DNA of 64,000 bases, taken from contig NC_092680.1 in assembly GCF_964355755.1 (NCBI RefSeq), forward strand, positions 14,765,045-14,829,044. Direction: 5' to 3'. The translations under genes were made by a program, and so were the position numbers. Shown in pieces: positions 13,129-26,984 of the stretch (position 1 is the first letter of the stretch; every line of letters begins with the position of its first letter). The notes under the pieces are model-generated. The model was not told the origin of the DNA. It saw only the letters and a list, made by a program, of their open reading frames with translations, and did not search any database. This stretch comes from Antedon mediterranea. Its lineage: Eukaryota > Animalia > Echinodermata.

Positions 13129-13799
13129 GTATGTTGCAACATATTCTACATCAGTATATTCTGTTGTTCTGTATACAAGTATACATACAGCAGTTTTAAC
13201 AGGTTATTTGGTTCATTCAAACTTGAATCTTGAATTTTAATTTAAAAACGTTTAACTGTACTGAACAATTACAAAATAATAGATGGTTGATCAATATGAC
13301 ATAAATAATCTTGATTTATCTTTCTTGATTTTCTATGCTAATTGTAACAGCATTGTACACTATGTAACATTTTTTAACTTTTACAAACAATGTATGCTAG
13401 AAAAACATCATTTTTGGTAGAGGAATGATTGGTTATTCAGATAATTTAAATGTTTAAGAAAGATATTTTGTTATAATTGTAAGTTCCACACTATTCTGAT
13501 AGTTTACTTTGTTACCATATCTATATTCTATATAGAGTATCAATAAGAATATATGGTAAAATTTAGTGTCTTGTAATAAATTGTATTATATCTAAATATA
13601 CATGTAAACCATTTTGAGTACTTTCCTTCATATGGTCTATTTCTTGAGTCAAATGATCATATGCCATTTCAAGTAATGGGATGTTAGGCTCCTCAACAAT
13701 AACATGTGGATTTGTATTGTATTTCACAATATAATGAGAAAAACAGCATATGAATAAAAAATTGTTTGTGAATTGTGAATCCACGGAAACAGCAAGATA

Positions 13800-14220
13800 C
13801 TATGCAATTGCACTCAAAGCTCTTTTACGCCGAGTATGTGGCCAATCAAGTCACAAAATTCTGTCAAACTGATGGATCGAGATGGCCTGCGAGATGTAGA
13901 TGTAAAGAATCAACTGGCTCTGGCTCACCCAAGGCAGATGACATTTGCAGCTTTACGGGAAGAACTACACATCATCTCCTTTGAATTGGCACAGGACCAA
14001 TATCGGTTTGGCGGGGGTCTCACCAGAAAAGCTGTAACAAGACCCAAAGACCGTTTTGCAAAGAGCGAAGTGAAATCAATACCAACCACAAATATTTACC
14101 TCAAAATATTAGATTAGTTAAAGGCTTTAGAGGTATGCATTCAATGGATCGAAAACAAGCCAGAAAGTTATGACAGACCTCGGGCACAACCTCGAAGAAA
14201 CACCTGCTTCAAATGCAATT
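13800..14220 (+). mobile_element. LTR retrotransposon gag fragment, partly duplicated at 14950-15130
   Basis: DGLRDVDVKNQLALAHP... and the zinc-knuckle start RNTCFKC. 14032-14180 recurs at 14949-15080. Confidence 0.55.
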
Positions 14221-14730
14221 AAAGTAACTGTAAGGTCCAATTTGGTAGCTTCATATGTCCCTATTAAGTCTAGGTACCAATTTGGCTACTCCTTAAGTTA
14301 TAAGGAATAAATATTCCAGGTGGCTCACTTGAGGTCAGTTGTATTTGGAAAGCCAGTGGAAAGCTAGGTGGATGTGTCCTCACAAGAAGAATAATAGTAT
14401 TAGTATAGCTATGTTCAATTATAGTAGATGGCAATATAGGCCTATATGTTCTGGTACAAAGTATAGTTAGCACAATCTTTGTTAATCTGTTTATGAATGG
14501 ACATTAAAGATTCGCATTAACAGTGTGCTTAAAATTATTGATTTGGCCAGAACAGTAACAACACTTACTTTTATCTATGTAGTCCATTTCTGTTCATTTA
14601 TTAGTCATTTCATCTCAACTTTTGTGGTTAGTAAGAGTAGGCTGTCCTATCTGGAATTGATTAGTTAATGTGTGCTTTATTCAATTGTAGCATTTATCAA
14701 AATTCTTGTCTTTTTTGTTTTTCTTTTCAG

Positions 14731-14885
14731 ATATCGAAGTGTAAGTCTGCAGCGGAATACACACTTGTTGCACAAGAACTAGCAGACTGGGCAGCAGACC
14801 ATGGAGTAATGTCGCTGTATGCAGCAGATTTTGGTAACCGACAAGAAGTCGTTGCATCATTGATAAAGAATTTTATGTTTTACAG
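14731..14885 (+). pseudogene. Isolated exon, probably HECT N-lobe of a G2E3-like gene
   Basis: TTTCAG|ISKCKSAAEYTLVAQELADWAADHGV...VVASLIKNFMFYR|GTGAG. Confidence 0.5.
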
Positions 14886-15195
14886 GTGAGGAAAGCGCAA
14901 AACTTAATACTAAATGGTTTTATAACAACACAACAATTGGTTGATTGACTGTAACAAGACCCAAAGACCGTGTTGCGATACCAACCACAGAAATCAACCT
15001 CAAAATATTAGAGCGGTTAAGCTTTAGAGGTACGCATTCAAGGGATTGAAAACAAGCCAGAAAGTTATGACAGACCTCGAAGAGACACCTGCTTCAAATT
15101 CGGCAAGATTGGTCCACACCAGAAACTGTTATCAGACAACTTTTCAGCCACAAAATGTAAACTCTTACCAGACCGGCAATCACCCTGCACAAAAC

Positions 15196-15695
15196 TTACA
15201 ATAGGTAGCTACGACGGTGCCGAGACATGCGAGTTGATTGGTCTATTTCTGTTAGCCAAACTAGAACCCAAGTATGGTAATAATATAGGATTATACAGGG
15301 ATGACTGCTGCATTCAATGAAACTCCCTGCGTTATTCAACAAATAAAGATCTCTGCAACACGATTTGCCAACAACAATTTACATTCACATGAAAACAACG
15401 GTGTCACGATGGAGTGCGTCTACTTAACATCATACCGAGACAACAATGAGACAGAAATGTGAAAATTATTGCCTCAGCCACAAGGTATGCAAATAAATAT
15501 CACATATTAGGTCACAATATGCAATGAATTAACTTACTTTTGTTATACTGTAATATAACGTAATGGACGATAGGTCTGATTATTGAGATGCGTATGTGCA
15601 ACAACTTGTCCAACAAGGCTATTTATTTATTAAAAATAATTAATTTGAATAAATGTGCTTTGACTTGAAAATCTATCATAGATGACCTCCCAAGA
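15196..15695 (+). repeat. ~0.5 kb duplicate of 17805-18280 containing Penelope RT
   Basis: Near-identical DNA, translating [19 protein letters not shown]...IGLYRDD. Confidence 0.85.
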
Positions 15696-15730
15696 GACCA
15701 GATAGTGTTGATGATAGAGTTTTAAAAGGT

Positions 15731-15997
15731 ATGTCAAAATCAGTGACACAACACATTACAATACAACAGGGGGTTTCAAACATGCCAAACAATTTTCGCT
15801 CCTATGACACATATAATAAGGAATCCTACCACCATCCTAGATCTGAAATACCAACTGGATTTTGTCAACTCTACCACAGTACAACACAAAGATGCACAAC
15901 CCACGACAATATAAATATTCACACAAATGCTGGATATGCAAAGACAAGCGACCACACCATACTTCTTGTGCAAAAAAGGTACACCTTACACAAATAA
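15731..15997 (+). mobile_element. DIRS/Ngaro-like gag C-terminal zinc-finger fragment
   Basis: IPTGFCQLYHS..RCT then, after a frameshift, KYSHKCWICKDKRPH. Confidence 0.45.
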
Positions 15998-16779
15998 ATG
16001 TTTTAATTTCTTGTCATTTATTGTGGTTATAGGTGTTATGCGAGTGATTTTACTATTAGTATAATCAAGATGTTGTGGATAGATTCGTGTTTAAAGAAAA
16101 AAAAAGTTACAATAATATGACTAACGGCCTAATTGCGGCTACTTTACACTAATTGTTTATGGATTAATTAAACCACGGAGCTATAATTGATTGGCTAGAG
16201 AAAAATTGACAGTTCCATTTGGTTGTTTTTGAAAGCAATACTGACGGTAAGTGGATTATATTATAGCGACGATTGCGAACAACCAGAATACATTCTTAAA
16301 ACTATAGGCCTACATTAAACACTGAGTGCGTTATATTTTAAAAAGAAAACGCTGTATATATGTCAAACTTTGGGATTACCATCTAGTGATCTAGCTCTCT
16401 GAATAAAGTACAGTACAATTTCCGAGCACATATTAGTATAGTTCCTACAATATTCTCGCCTCAGTTCAATGGTTGGCTGAGGTTATTAATTTTGTACACA
16501 TTTAAATATTGTTTACATTTTAATTTTACACTCAAGAAAACACACCAAAAAGGCATTGTTTGGACGAAATAATATAAAACCGAAGACTGATAACAACGGT
16601 AAATGCAATTATTCTGGCATTGAACTCATCGCCAAATGCCAATTCTACGACCGCTGCTGCTGTAGCAGTTCCAGCTTTAACAAACCATGCCCCTGTAGAA
16701 ACACATTCCAACATTGACGGGTTTATCGTACTTGGAAATGTGCAGCCAGAGATACTCTTTCCTTTAAACATGGACAAAC

Positions 16780-17010
16780 ACCAACTTTATTAATTAAAGG
16801 ACTCGTGGAAGAAATATTTACCAAGGCTGAAATGGCTGCAAGTAACGTAGGCGATAAACGCGGGAAAGATTCGCTGGAACATAACAAAATCTCAGCAATT
16901 TTTAGCCAGACTTGTAAGTAATTTACAGCAGCCGACAGCAGTTTGCCAAAAGTGCTGACATGATAAAAGCGGTAAATGACAAATGCCAATACTACAGATT
17001 TTGTTCGCAA
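16780..17010 (+). pseudogene. BEN-domain gene fragment
   Basis: LLIKGLVEEIFTKAEMAASNVGDKRGKDSLEHNKISAI...KAVNDKCQYYR matches the BEN pattern LFTxEExxxSNxxG..K..LDxxKIxAI..KC. Confidence 0.65.
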
Positions 17011-17569
17011 CAACAAAATAACAACTAAATAAATATAGTAAGGTATAATGCATATCTGCTATTGTTTTTATGAATGTATAATATAAACCTAATTTGCTGA
17101 AAACTTTAAACTACCTGTTTGTTCTCTGTTTGTAATTTAAACATTTTGTTCCAAAAACTTCAACTATTTATCTGTTGTGATCATCATGCAAACTAGTGTA
17201 TTATTGTCATTTATTATTTGCGTATAGTTAAAACTTTTGATCTTTTAAATATCAACTTTTTTAAACTACTGTACTGATATTATTTTTGGCAGGTTTTATC
17301 AAACAATAAATAAAAAGTAATGTAAACTGATTGTTTGTTCGGGTTTAAATGGTCTTGTTTGTTGATACCTGATGTAGTTTCTCAATTATTTAATTAATGC
17401 AAGGTTATTTTACAGTAATTTGTTTATTAATAAAATAGGCGTACAAAATATTTTGACAGGCGCTTGTACAGAGGGGCGCAAAAACAATATTATTATGCCC
17501 AATATTGTAGACACTATAGATAAATGTGGAATATATCAAATATATTATTACTGGTGTCATAAACACTGA

Positions 17570-18000
17570 ATGGCAAAACACACAAAAATAGAATCAACAA
17601 CCATGCGTTGTGGGCTGTCAATAATAATAATAAACAATTCCTAAGAAACTATTAACTGGTGCAAGGCAAACCTTTCTAATCCTAGTGGAAAGTAAGCCTT
17701 AACTTTTCAAAGGAATTAAGAGATATAATAATCAAGGCCAAACATACCCTGTTATTATTCAGCGATGAGTCAGCTTGGCACAAAAGAAACACCAAAATCG
17801 ATGTTACAATAGGTAGCTACGACGGTGCCGAGACAGGCGAGTTGATTGGTCTATTTCTGTTAGCCAAACTAGAACCCAAGTATGGTAATAATATAGGATT
17901 ATACAGGGATGACTGCTGCATTCAATGAAACTCCCCGCGTTATTCAACAAATAAAGATCTCTGCAACACGATTTGCCAACAACAATTTACATTCACATGA
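17570..18000 (+). mobile_element. Penelope-like retroelement RT fragment
   Basis: [53 protein letters not shown]. Confidence 0.8.
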
Positions 18001-18261
18001 AAACAACGGTGTCACAATGGAGTGCGTCTACTTAACAACATACCGAGACAACAATGAGACAGAAATGTGAAAATTATTGCCTCAGCCACAAGGTATGCAA
18101 ATAAATATCCATATTAGGTGACAATATGCAAGAATTAACTTACTTTTGTTATACTGTAATATAACGTAATGGACGATAGGTCTGATTATTGAGATGCGTA
18201 TGTGCAACAACTTGTCAAAATAATTAATTTGAATAAATGTGCTTTGACTTGAAAATCTATC

Positions 18262-18405
18262 ATAGATGACCTCCCAAGAGGGTTATTTAGCTTTGCTGTT
18301 AGATTAACCATTGATTTTCTCCCCACGTTCTCCAACCTTAACAAATGGGGAAAGAGAACAACCAATATTTGTAAGATGTGTAAAAATAGGGAAACCTTAA
18401 TGCAT
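18262..18405 (+). mobile_element. Non-LTR retrotransposon C-terminal CCHC fragment (R2/Hero-like)
   Basis: LPRGLFSFAVRLTIDFLPTFSNLNKWGKRTTNICKMCKNRETLMH. Confidence 0.6.
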
Positions 18406-20829
18406 GCTGCAGAAAATAAGAGAGAAGCATCAAATTCCTTTTTTCAAATTCTTTGGAATTGGAATTGTTTTTTGGATGAATGATGAAGAACGAACAGAGT
18501 TACTATAAATAAAGTTGTATAAGGATAATAATAATTTCCATGCAAGAACTGCCTCTGAAAATGACAATGACATGATACATTTACGGTTAACAAATTTCTT
18601 TTGTAAATTTATAATGATTTGATGTGTGCCAACTATCAATGAAACTCCTGGCAATATCTGATGTTTTGGAAATAATCAATATTGTTTCATCTATCAATGC
18701 TCACTAAATAAGTTTTTAGATTTGTAGTTCAGATGTTAACAACAAGTGGTAATAAATGACCGACAACAAGGGTCTTTTTCATATTCATTGTTCTTTTTAA
18801 TTTTTGTTTATGATTTTGATTCATCTGTTTTACAGTAGCCACATAATTTTTTGTAGACAATTAATGTTTACATTCTCGTGTTGTCATGTGGTATGTAATG
18901 TTAAATGATATTCTCATTCATTCTTGTTATTTACCTATTTCACAATCATATTGTGTTTACAAATTTCCATTTTCAGTGTTTTACTAAATTTCATCTATAT
19001 ATTTCCCCAAGATATAAAAATCCTATTCTACACCTCTCCACATGCTTTGTTTAGCTGCAATCCTTAAATTTCTTGATGAAAATCTGCTGCTTTTAATCTG
19101 TTCCATTATCATCTTGCTCATTTGTCATTTTGAAGATACAATTGTCTTGAAATAGTTTGGTTTCTTGAGTTTTAGTTATTAATCGTAATTAATAATATGA
19201 CAATTGTACATGATTCTATAACAAATGTTGAATACATTTGTTTAGTTTAGCCATCTTGTATGGATTAATGTTCATACAATGTATGTAGTGGATGATTCAA
19301 CAGCAATGTTCTGGCAATGTTCTATCTACCAATAGACATAAAGACATCAGAAAACGTCAACACCTTCAAAATACGACTGAAAACCCACTTGTACACAGAA
19401 GCATTTCCTGTTTAACTTTGTCAAGCACCTTTAAACATTATTTTTATGGATACTGGCAGTGGCACTATATATAACTGATTGATTGATTGCTTGCCTGCCT
19501 GGTTTTCCTTCTTAACGCATCATGATTTGAATTCAATTTGATGTTAAGATGGTCAGTAAAAAATCTCTTGTTATAAGTCGTCAACATAGTTCTATAATAC
19601 TCTCGGTCTTCAGCCGTTTTCCTCTAAAAAAATGTGGCAGAACCACCATGTAGCCATACAAAACTTAATTTGTATATGTTATCTGAATGTCAAATATGTA
19701 GTTTCCATGAAATCCTCTTACGGTAAATAATGTTCTTTCGTGTCACATTTGAACAAATACTGGTGTTTAATTATTTTGAGACAAAAATATATTTACAAAA
19801 CAAGTAGAACACTGAAAATGTGAATAAGCACACAAAAATGTAGTGTAAAAAGGTCTATAGGGCTACAACAGAACATTAATTTAAAGGGAACAATGAATAC
19901 ACAATATAATATTAACATCCGTACCAAAACAACATTAACAAATATGTTGAGCATTTGCAATGGAACAATATCATGAACCTGTACAATATAACAAAACTAC
20001 AGTAGTAGTACAAGCCTAGGGTACCAGGCTTGGTATTTTGACAATTTTCTCATGAATATGCATCATAATTATTGACATATTGTTATTACTGGAAAATCTA
20101 AACAAAAATTATTTTAAATACTTCTATTAAATGTTTACTTTTGTTATAATCCAAAAAGAAGCTCAATCTCATCAGATTTAATTATATAGCTTTGGTCTAC
20201 CATGACAGTAGCAACTAAAAACTAAATCACTCAAGTGAATCTAGTCATACACGATGGAAAAAATAATAATTGCGAAATGAATTGCCTACGCATTTTGGTC
20301 CCTGGATGTAACATGATATTGACGCGTGTATCTTACCCATACTCGGGGCACGAACGATTCGTACAAAGGCCACCGCCATACAACCGCGTATGAACATCTA
20401 AAATATATAGCTATTAAAAGATTAAAGATAATTCTAAAGTTATTGGAATTATTAAAAATTAAAATATATATCCAACAAAATACTATAAGATAAAGATGGA
20501 CATTCTTATATGACCAAGAATCTGAGCAAGACTTTGGGTGTCGTTTAAAGATTTGAAAGATTACCAGAAAGAATTTGATACATATTTTATGGGTGTAAGC
20601 ATTTTGAGTCGCTTAGTACTGGTATAATGTCACCAGGAGCTTAAATGGTACGTACAAAGAAATACAAAAATGTTAAAAATAGTCAACTTTGTCTATAGAT
20701 ATCTCACATCAACATAGAACTTGGTAATAGATCAGAAAGTCTAGTAGGCTATTTTGCAGTACAACAAAAATTGACCTTGAAAAGTCATTTTAAAGATTAA
20801 TGTTGAACTTTTATGAATTATATTACAGA

Positions 20830-21470
20830 ATGGCACCTCCCACTAAACGTAAAAAGAAACATGTCACGACTTGCAGATCTCCATATTGGACTTTGGGGCA
20901 ATCAAGAGTAAAGCATGTCTACACAAAAACAGCAAATATATCAACATATACATCAGGTACACCAAGTACTTCTACACCAAATACATCAAGTGTAATTGAT
21001 GAACCTGCTTTTGAAAACACTACTTAATATTCCTTTATTCAACTGATGTCGGGCCTGGTTACAAGCCAAGCATATACTAACAACCCATGTGTTGTATGTA
21101 GTAGTGAATTTGCAGAATACAGATGCTTGGATTGTGGGCCACATGCTCAATATTGTGAGGAATGCATCACTAAAACTCATGTATTTCAGAGGTTTGGGTT
21201 GTGAGTTAATATATTTTTCTTGCACTTCCAATTCTGGCCTAAATTCACAGCTCCCTGAAACTTTTACCGTTCATTGGATTTATTATAGATTTTTTAAGAA
21301 TTTTATTAAATCTGCAGATTCTTTCTTCAAACCTTTAAATATGAATTGATTATTCTTTAAAGGATGGATGATATATCCGATTCCGAAACAGGTATTTGAA
21401 TCTTGCAACCACTGAACATTCATGCCAATCTACAAGATTACAGGAAGTATTACTGTATTTGATGATAAAG
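20830..21470 (+). mobile_element. CxC3-like cysteine cluster of a KDZ/Zisupton-type transposase
   Basis: MAPPTKRKK... and PCVVCSSEFAEYRCLDCGPHAQYCEECITKTH at 21085-21183, with a following exon at about 21362-21470. Confidence 0.6.
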
Positions 21471-21496
21471 GTAATAGGTTTTATTTTATATAAACA

Positions 21497-21840
21497 GTTA
21501 TTGTTCAAATAGATGAAAGTTTGTTCAGTTTCAAGCAAAAGGTAAAGAAAAATACCCTAGATGTTAACATTAAATTACACTATCCCATTTGAAAAATATT
21601 CTGCCCGGTCCTTTGCATGACTATGTATTTATTTCATCAGTAAATACAACAAATAACATTAAATACATGTCTCTAAAAAAATGGCCGGGGCAGGGAAGCT
21701 GAAACACTTTGGGTTTTTTGGACTTGCAGACACATCATACAAGCCAGCTTTGGGGTATTAGAAGTGGTTGGTAACCGGGCAGCTGCAACTCTTTTACCAA
21801 TAATTCAGGACCATGTGAGGGCCAAGCACAATCGTCTGAA
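21497..21840 (+). mobile_element. Merlin (ISXO2/IS1595-like) transposase fragment with intron
   Basis: VIVQIDESLFSFKQK|gt...FGLADTSYKPALG..VVGNRAAATLLPIIQDHV. Confidence 0.7.
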
Positions 21841-22809
21841 TACTTTTTCCAAGAATCTGAACAAAGGGGGGTTTTTTTTTTTTTAACTTTTAATTAGAAA
21901 CTGGTATTTTTTGCAGTGCAGTGCATAAACCAGTTAAACTGCAACCTTCACCCCCTCGAGACTATCACAAAAGAGTGCAAGAAAGTACTGAAACAGCACG
22001 AAAACGATAATAACTTTAGAAGTTGACAATGCTATGGCACAGACTGCTTAGCTGGCAATCTTGTTTTAAAAACCAACCAGCTAAGACACAAAGATGGGAC
22101 AGGAGATCCGAGAAAATCAAACAGTAATGTATCTAGGCAGACTTGAGTTATTCAAGAAAAAAAGAGATAGCATATTGGATGCCACATGAAATGAAGAAGA
22201 TGCTGCTGATGATAATCAAGGCGTTTATTCATTAGATCTCATCATTCAAAAATTCTTAAAAAAAAACAAAACAAATTTTGTGAGTTTCACAGAATTGCAT
22301 TTTACGTGACATTACAATATAAAAGAAAAATATATATATTTTTTTTTAATTGAGTCAAAGGTCATTTAAAATGCGGGTCTCAGGAGGGAGAGGGGTGTTG
22401 ATGGTGGGAAGGGGATGTGTTTCAGGTTCAATCCGGTGTAAACTTGCATCCAAGGCAGTGTTTGGGAACAAGGAGAAAGCAACAGAGTTGCGAGTAAGAA
22501 CATTGCTTGACATGGACAATCAATGCTACATTTGATTGATGATAAAATTGATTCCAGAAATGTACACTTTTTAAACATTTTCTTCAAGATATAATGGGCA
22601 GTCAACTGCAGTTATGTTGTTCACAGATTTTTCCAGGCAACGCACCGATAGACTGCTGATTGATGTATCCATCGGGAGTTAATACTGATTTGTGATGTGC
22701 AGCAATTACCATAAGAACATTTTTTTTTCACAAAAAAAGTTGTAGTTGCCTGCCATCCACACGTAAGTCTCAAGAAAGAGAAATGAGGATATCGGGATCG
22801 GAAGGTGAA

Positions 22810-23590
22810 GTAATCCTTCGTGGTGATGGGAGAGCAGACTCACCTGGGCATTCTGCCAAAACGGTTGCTATCCAATAATGAATTTGCGAAGTGGAAAAAT
22901 TGTTCATGTTGAGGTTGTACAGGTTAAAAAAAAAATTCAAAAAAAGTTATTTTTCATGTAGCTCCCCCATTGCATCTGGTCCAACACTGTAATAGGCAGC
23001 TTCACACATTGTTCATATGCAAAATGGTACCTTTAATAGGCGACAACAAATTTAATGTATTTTTTTTTATAGTCGAACAAAGTTGGCAGTGTACCAAAGA
23101 TGGAAAAGGAAGGGTTAATAAGGTCCATTAAGAAATTACAGGATGATGGTGTGAAAGTTGATGTGCTGGTGACGGACAGACATGCAAGTATTAAGAAATG
23201 GGTTTGTGAAGATATGGAAGACACCAAACACAAGTTTGACATTTGGCACATGGCAAAGCGTAATAAATCAGTCAAAAGTAGTATACAATAATAATAAGTC
23301 TTGTTAACAAACTAGTTGAACTAATCAATCAATCATTTGTAAAATTTGCAAATTGCTTTCAATTTCAGCAATAAAGAAAAAAATTGTTAAAGGCTGCGGC
23401 CCAGCGATCTTGCGCAGATCTGTAATTTGGATTCCAAGTATCATGAAGCACTTGTACTGGTGTGCTACATCAAATGACACTGGGAATGGGGATGTTGCAT
23501 TTGGTCAAGTGGTTATCCATCGCAGGACACGGTGTGTTATTTCCCAGGTGCTTGGCATCCATGTATGAGAATGGCGTGGCTAGCTGAAAG
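22810..23590 (+). mobile_element. Kolobok-type DDE transposase core, multi-exon and decayed
   Basis: LRGDGRADSPGHSAK, MEKEGLIRSI..VLVTDRHASIKK..HKFDIWHMAK, WIPSIMKHLYWCA. Confidence 0.75.
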
Positions 23591-23869
23591 TATTTAATGA
23601 CAGTTTAATACTGTTATATATAAGAAATTTGTTGTCATGATGTTCTTGTATAACTTTTTTTTACTGAATTTGTTTTCACACTTGATAATTGCAGGCAGCA
23701 CAGCAGCAAATGCCTTAATTGAAGTGGTCAAGCGAAACCTAAAAAAAAAAGTTGTAGATGATATAATGCGTTCCGAAGCAAGCAACATACCCTTACAAAA
23801 TAAACCTCTAGATACCTTGTCTTCTATACTAGACAATTATCTTTTGATGGCATAAATGTTACACTATTA

Positions 23870-25740
23870 TCTGAAGGTGGTATTTTGATGCTGCCTGTCA
23901 AAGACATTTTTTCATACGTAGGGTTTGATAAACATATCAAAAAAGGATGGAAGTTTGTAGAAAGTTGTCTTAATATTAATCATAACTTAGATTCTGCAAC
24001 TTGCTGAATTAGAGATCCTACAACAAAAATAAATACATAAATATTAGTGTTGATGGCTTTAAGGTGCTACTTTCAGAGTTTTCACCTGGTGATTTATTAC
24101 GCAAAAAATCTGTACTTGATGGCCTTAAAAAACAAAAACTCCATCTAAAACTCAATCTAAACCACAATTTTCAGAAAGTGCTCGAAAAGGAATCTACAGT
24201 ATGTATAAAGACTATAATCATCCTGTTCAGGCAAAAGACCTCGTGTATATTTCTGATATTTTTAGTGGCAAACAGTTAATGGAAGAATTGCATCATAAGT
24301 TACCAGGAATATTACCTGGTGTTAAAGCAGAAAGGAAAACTAAGGTTCGATACCTGTCTGAATTTTCCAGCGTACTACTTCCCAGACGTTGTTCCACGGG
24401 TTGGTGTGTATATCCATCACATCTTTTAGATGTAATTTCTTTTCGATCCTTTCCTCACAGAGCATTTACATGTTCGAATGTGGGAAGATGGCCGTGAAAT
24501 TGGTGGGCGGCATAGTACATTTATGACATTATCAATTGTAAATAATGAAATTTTGCTAAATAATTTGTCGTTTCAACAGCCAGGTCATATAAACCTATTC
24601 TGTTTATTTTACAAAAGCAACTCGAGGGATAACCTTGAAATGAATTTAGGTGTTACATCTAACTATGTTGATCATATGGTGGCTAATAAAAATGATTGCA
24701 CTTTCAAGCTTTCTGGAGATGAGATGTTTCTTATCAAAGTTCTTGATGGTTCTAAAAAGTTAAGTCCAACTTCAGAATCTGGTTGGAACTTTTACAGACA
24801 GGTTTCTAAAAAACAGAATTCAGAAGTTTCAGCTAATGGGTTACGCACAGATATACCGGTTGTGCTAGACAGAAACATCTAGAGTCTCTCATTCCATCAA
24901 TTCACTTAAAACACATCATTTTCAATGTCATACATAGCTTAGCACAGATTTCAGAAAAACTACTGTCTCTTGAAGTGGAGAAGATAAATTCCGAAGGCAA
25001 TAAAAACCAACAAGTTCAAAGTTGTGTTACATCCAACCAGCTCTTGGAAAATGTTGTAGCCAATATTTACAAACGAGGTATACGTTCAGGCAATTTTAAA
25101 TTGTTCTTTGACAAAGTTGGAAATTAGAAGCGATTACATTAAACAAGGATCATACTTTAGTCATAATATGCCCACCTCCAACGTTGTATGTGCGAGAGAC
25201 AAGATTCTCTCTCTTGGAAAGCAGACACAAACCCCGAAGGACATAAATAGAAAACTATACCCATCAAGTTTACCAGCCTAAAGGATTAGCTTAAGTAGAG
25301 AAACTGATTTTCCATGCATTATCGATAATGTAGTACCAAAACGTAAAGTACTTGCGCCTACAAAAGAAAAAGTCAAAGATTTCCTTAATAGTGAGGTCAT
25401 CACCGAATATGATATTGTTCGAAAGTTGTGGGAAACTATGTATCACATGTACGTGATTTTGAAAGACGAGCCGCAGCCACATTTGCTTCCAGGCAAACGT
25501 CAAGAGTCCACAATTGCAAGCGACTACGAGTTTGGGCATACGGAGGCTACAAAACTGATATACAAAGAACATGCTAAGTGTTTTTATCAACTGTTTTGTT
25601 TTAGACACACTTGCAGATATGAACCCATACATGATCAAATTTGTTGATTACGCTCATTATTTCCTAGATAACCTAGCAATTCCCTTTAACAGATTCCAAG
25701 CCGAAGGTGGGGAGCATCCTAATTACCATCATATTACTGT
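23870..25740 (+). mobile_element. Decayed Transib/RAG1-like DDE transposase
   Basis: Ordered motifs WEDGREIG, LSGDEMFL, IHSLAQISEKL and PYMIKFVDY...RFQAEGGEHPN, comparable to the RAG1 motifs SCDG, GYDEKL, DALH and ASEGNESGN. Several stops and frameshifts. Confidence 0.5.
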
Positions 25741-26984
25741 TACTGGCCTATACTATGTCTACGGCTGGCGAAACGTGAATTGAGCCTCATCTCATAGTTG
25801 TGATTGAAATAATATTTTCTAGATGGCCATAATTAAAATGAAGAAATGGCTTATTTTATGTCAAAGTCTTTGTATAACCTAGGTCACTTATTTTCATTTT
25901 ATGTAATGTAATTTTTATAGGAATATAAAAGATATGTTGAGTTCTTAGGATTTGGTTATGTCAGCTGTACTATTGTTATTATTTTAAGAAATCAAATATG
26001 TTCGTGATACAAAGGAATGGACGGACATTTATAGGAAAGCGCTTGGAATTTGAAGGTTTGCATTGATTTGATGGTGTCATCGATAATGTTGGTGAACCTT
26101 GGTAATATATAGGCCTACTTTTGCAATTGTAGTATAACTAGGATCTGTGACTGATAATGGACTCCTGAACTTTTTTATCCTGTGTTATTGTTCTCTCTTA
26201 TAACCTTAAAGTAAATAGTGCCTTTTTAATTGACAAGATTCAGATAATAGAAATAGCCTGTTGAAAGTTTAGGAAAAATTAATTTTGAAATTCAAAATGC
26301 GCGTTCGCTTGTAATTGTTTGTGAAATGTAGGAAGGTGTATTATATATTAAACAGCATTTCATGGAATTATGGGACCCACTTGTATTACAATATACTAAT
26401 ATGACGACATCTTAAAAAAATATGAATGATTGACATTCTCGTAAAAGAATGTTCAAGGCAAGAATACCTCTATGAAGAATGTAATGATATTTGAAAGGAA
26501 GTAAGTATGAGCTTGATGTGCGTGTTCTTTGAATGTGACACTTAATTCTGTTTTTTTATTCATTCTGACGACGTTATAATTTCAAGGAGGGCAAATTTGT
26601 ACATGCATTCATTATCTATAATGGTTTGTTTTTGGGTTTTTTTCTTTGGTAAAGTTGTTGAATGTAAATGAGTAAGTACAGGAGTTGATGGTGAAGTTAA
26701 AAGTTGAGAATTTGTAATGTTTATAATATATGGCTAATGTAATGGGAGTCCGATACAGGCTGTCAGTTCAAATGATACCAATGATTGTTGCTAGATTTTG
26801 ATGTCAGGAAGTTTTATCTTGAGGTGAATTCCCATGGGGTACACCATTATTGCCTGTACACTGTAAACTGTAAGTATACAGGTCATTTGTTGTGTGAATG
26901 TTACTGTAAATGTTAGAGATGAGTATCCGAAAGATTGTAAAGTTCGTCGTTGCATAGCGATTTAACAAAAGAGTCATATCGAGA

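Noticed and set aside
18430-19620. Minus-strand coding-like tract, possibly L1-like
   Set aside because: It is purine-rich on - with many stops and no diagnostic motif, so I left it unassigned and noted it as a possible exception to the strand bias.
21497-21840. Bacterial IS1595 or contamination
   Set aside because: The coding pieces are separated by a spliceosomal-type intron, which fits eukaryotic Merlin.
23870-25740. True RAG1 ortholog or ProtoRAG
   Set aside because: No RING or nonamer-binding region, no RAG2-like partner and no RSS-like TIR are visible. The resemblance is only at motif level.
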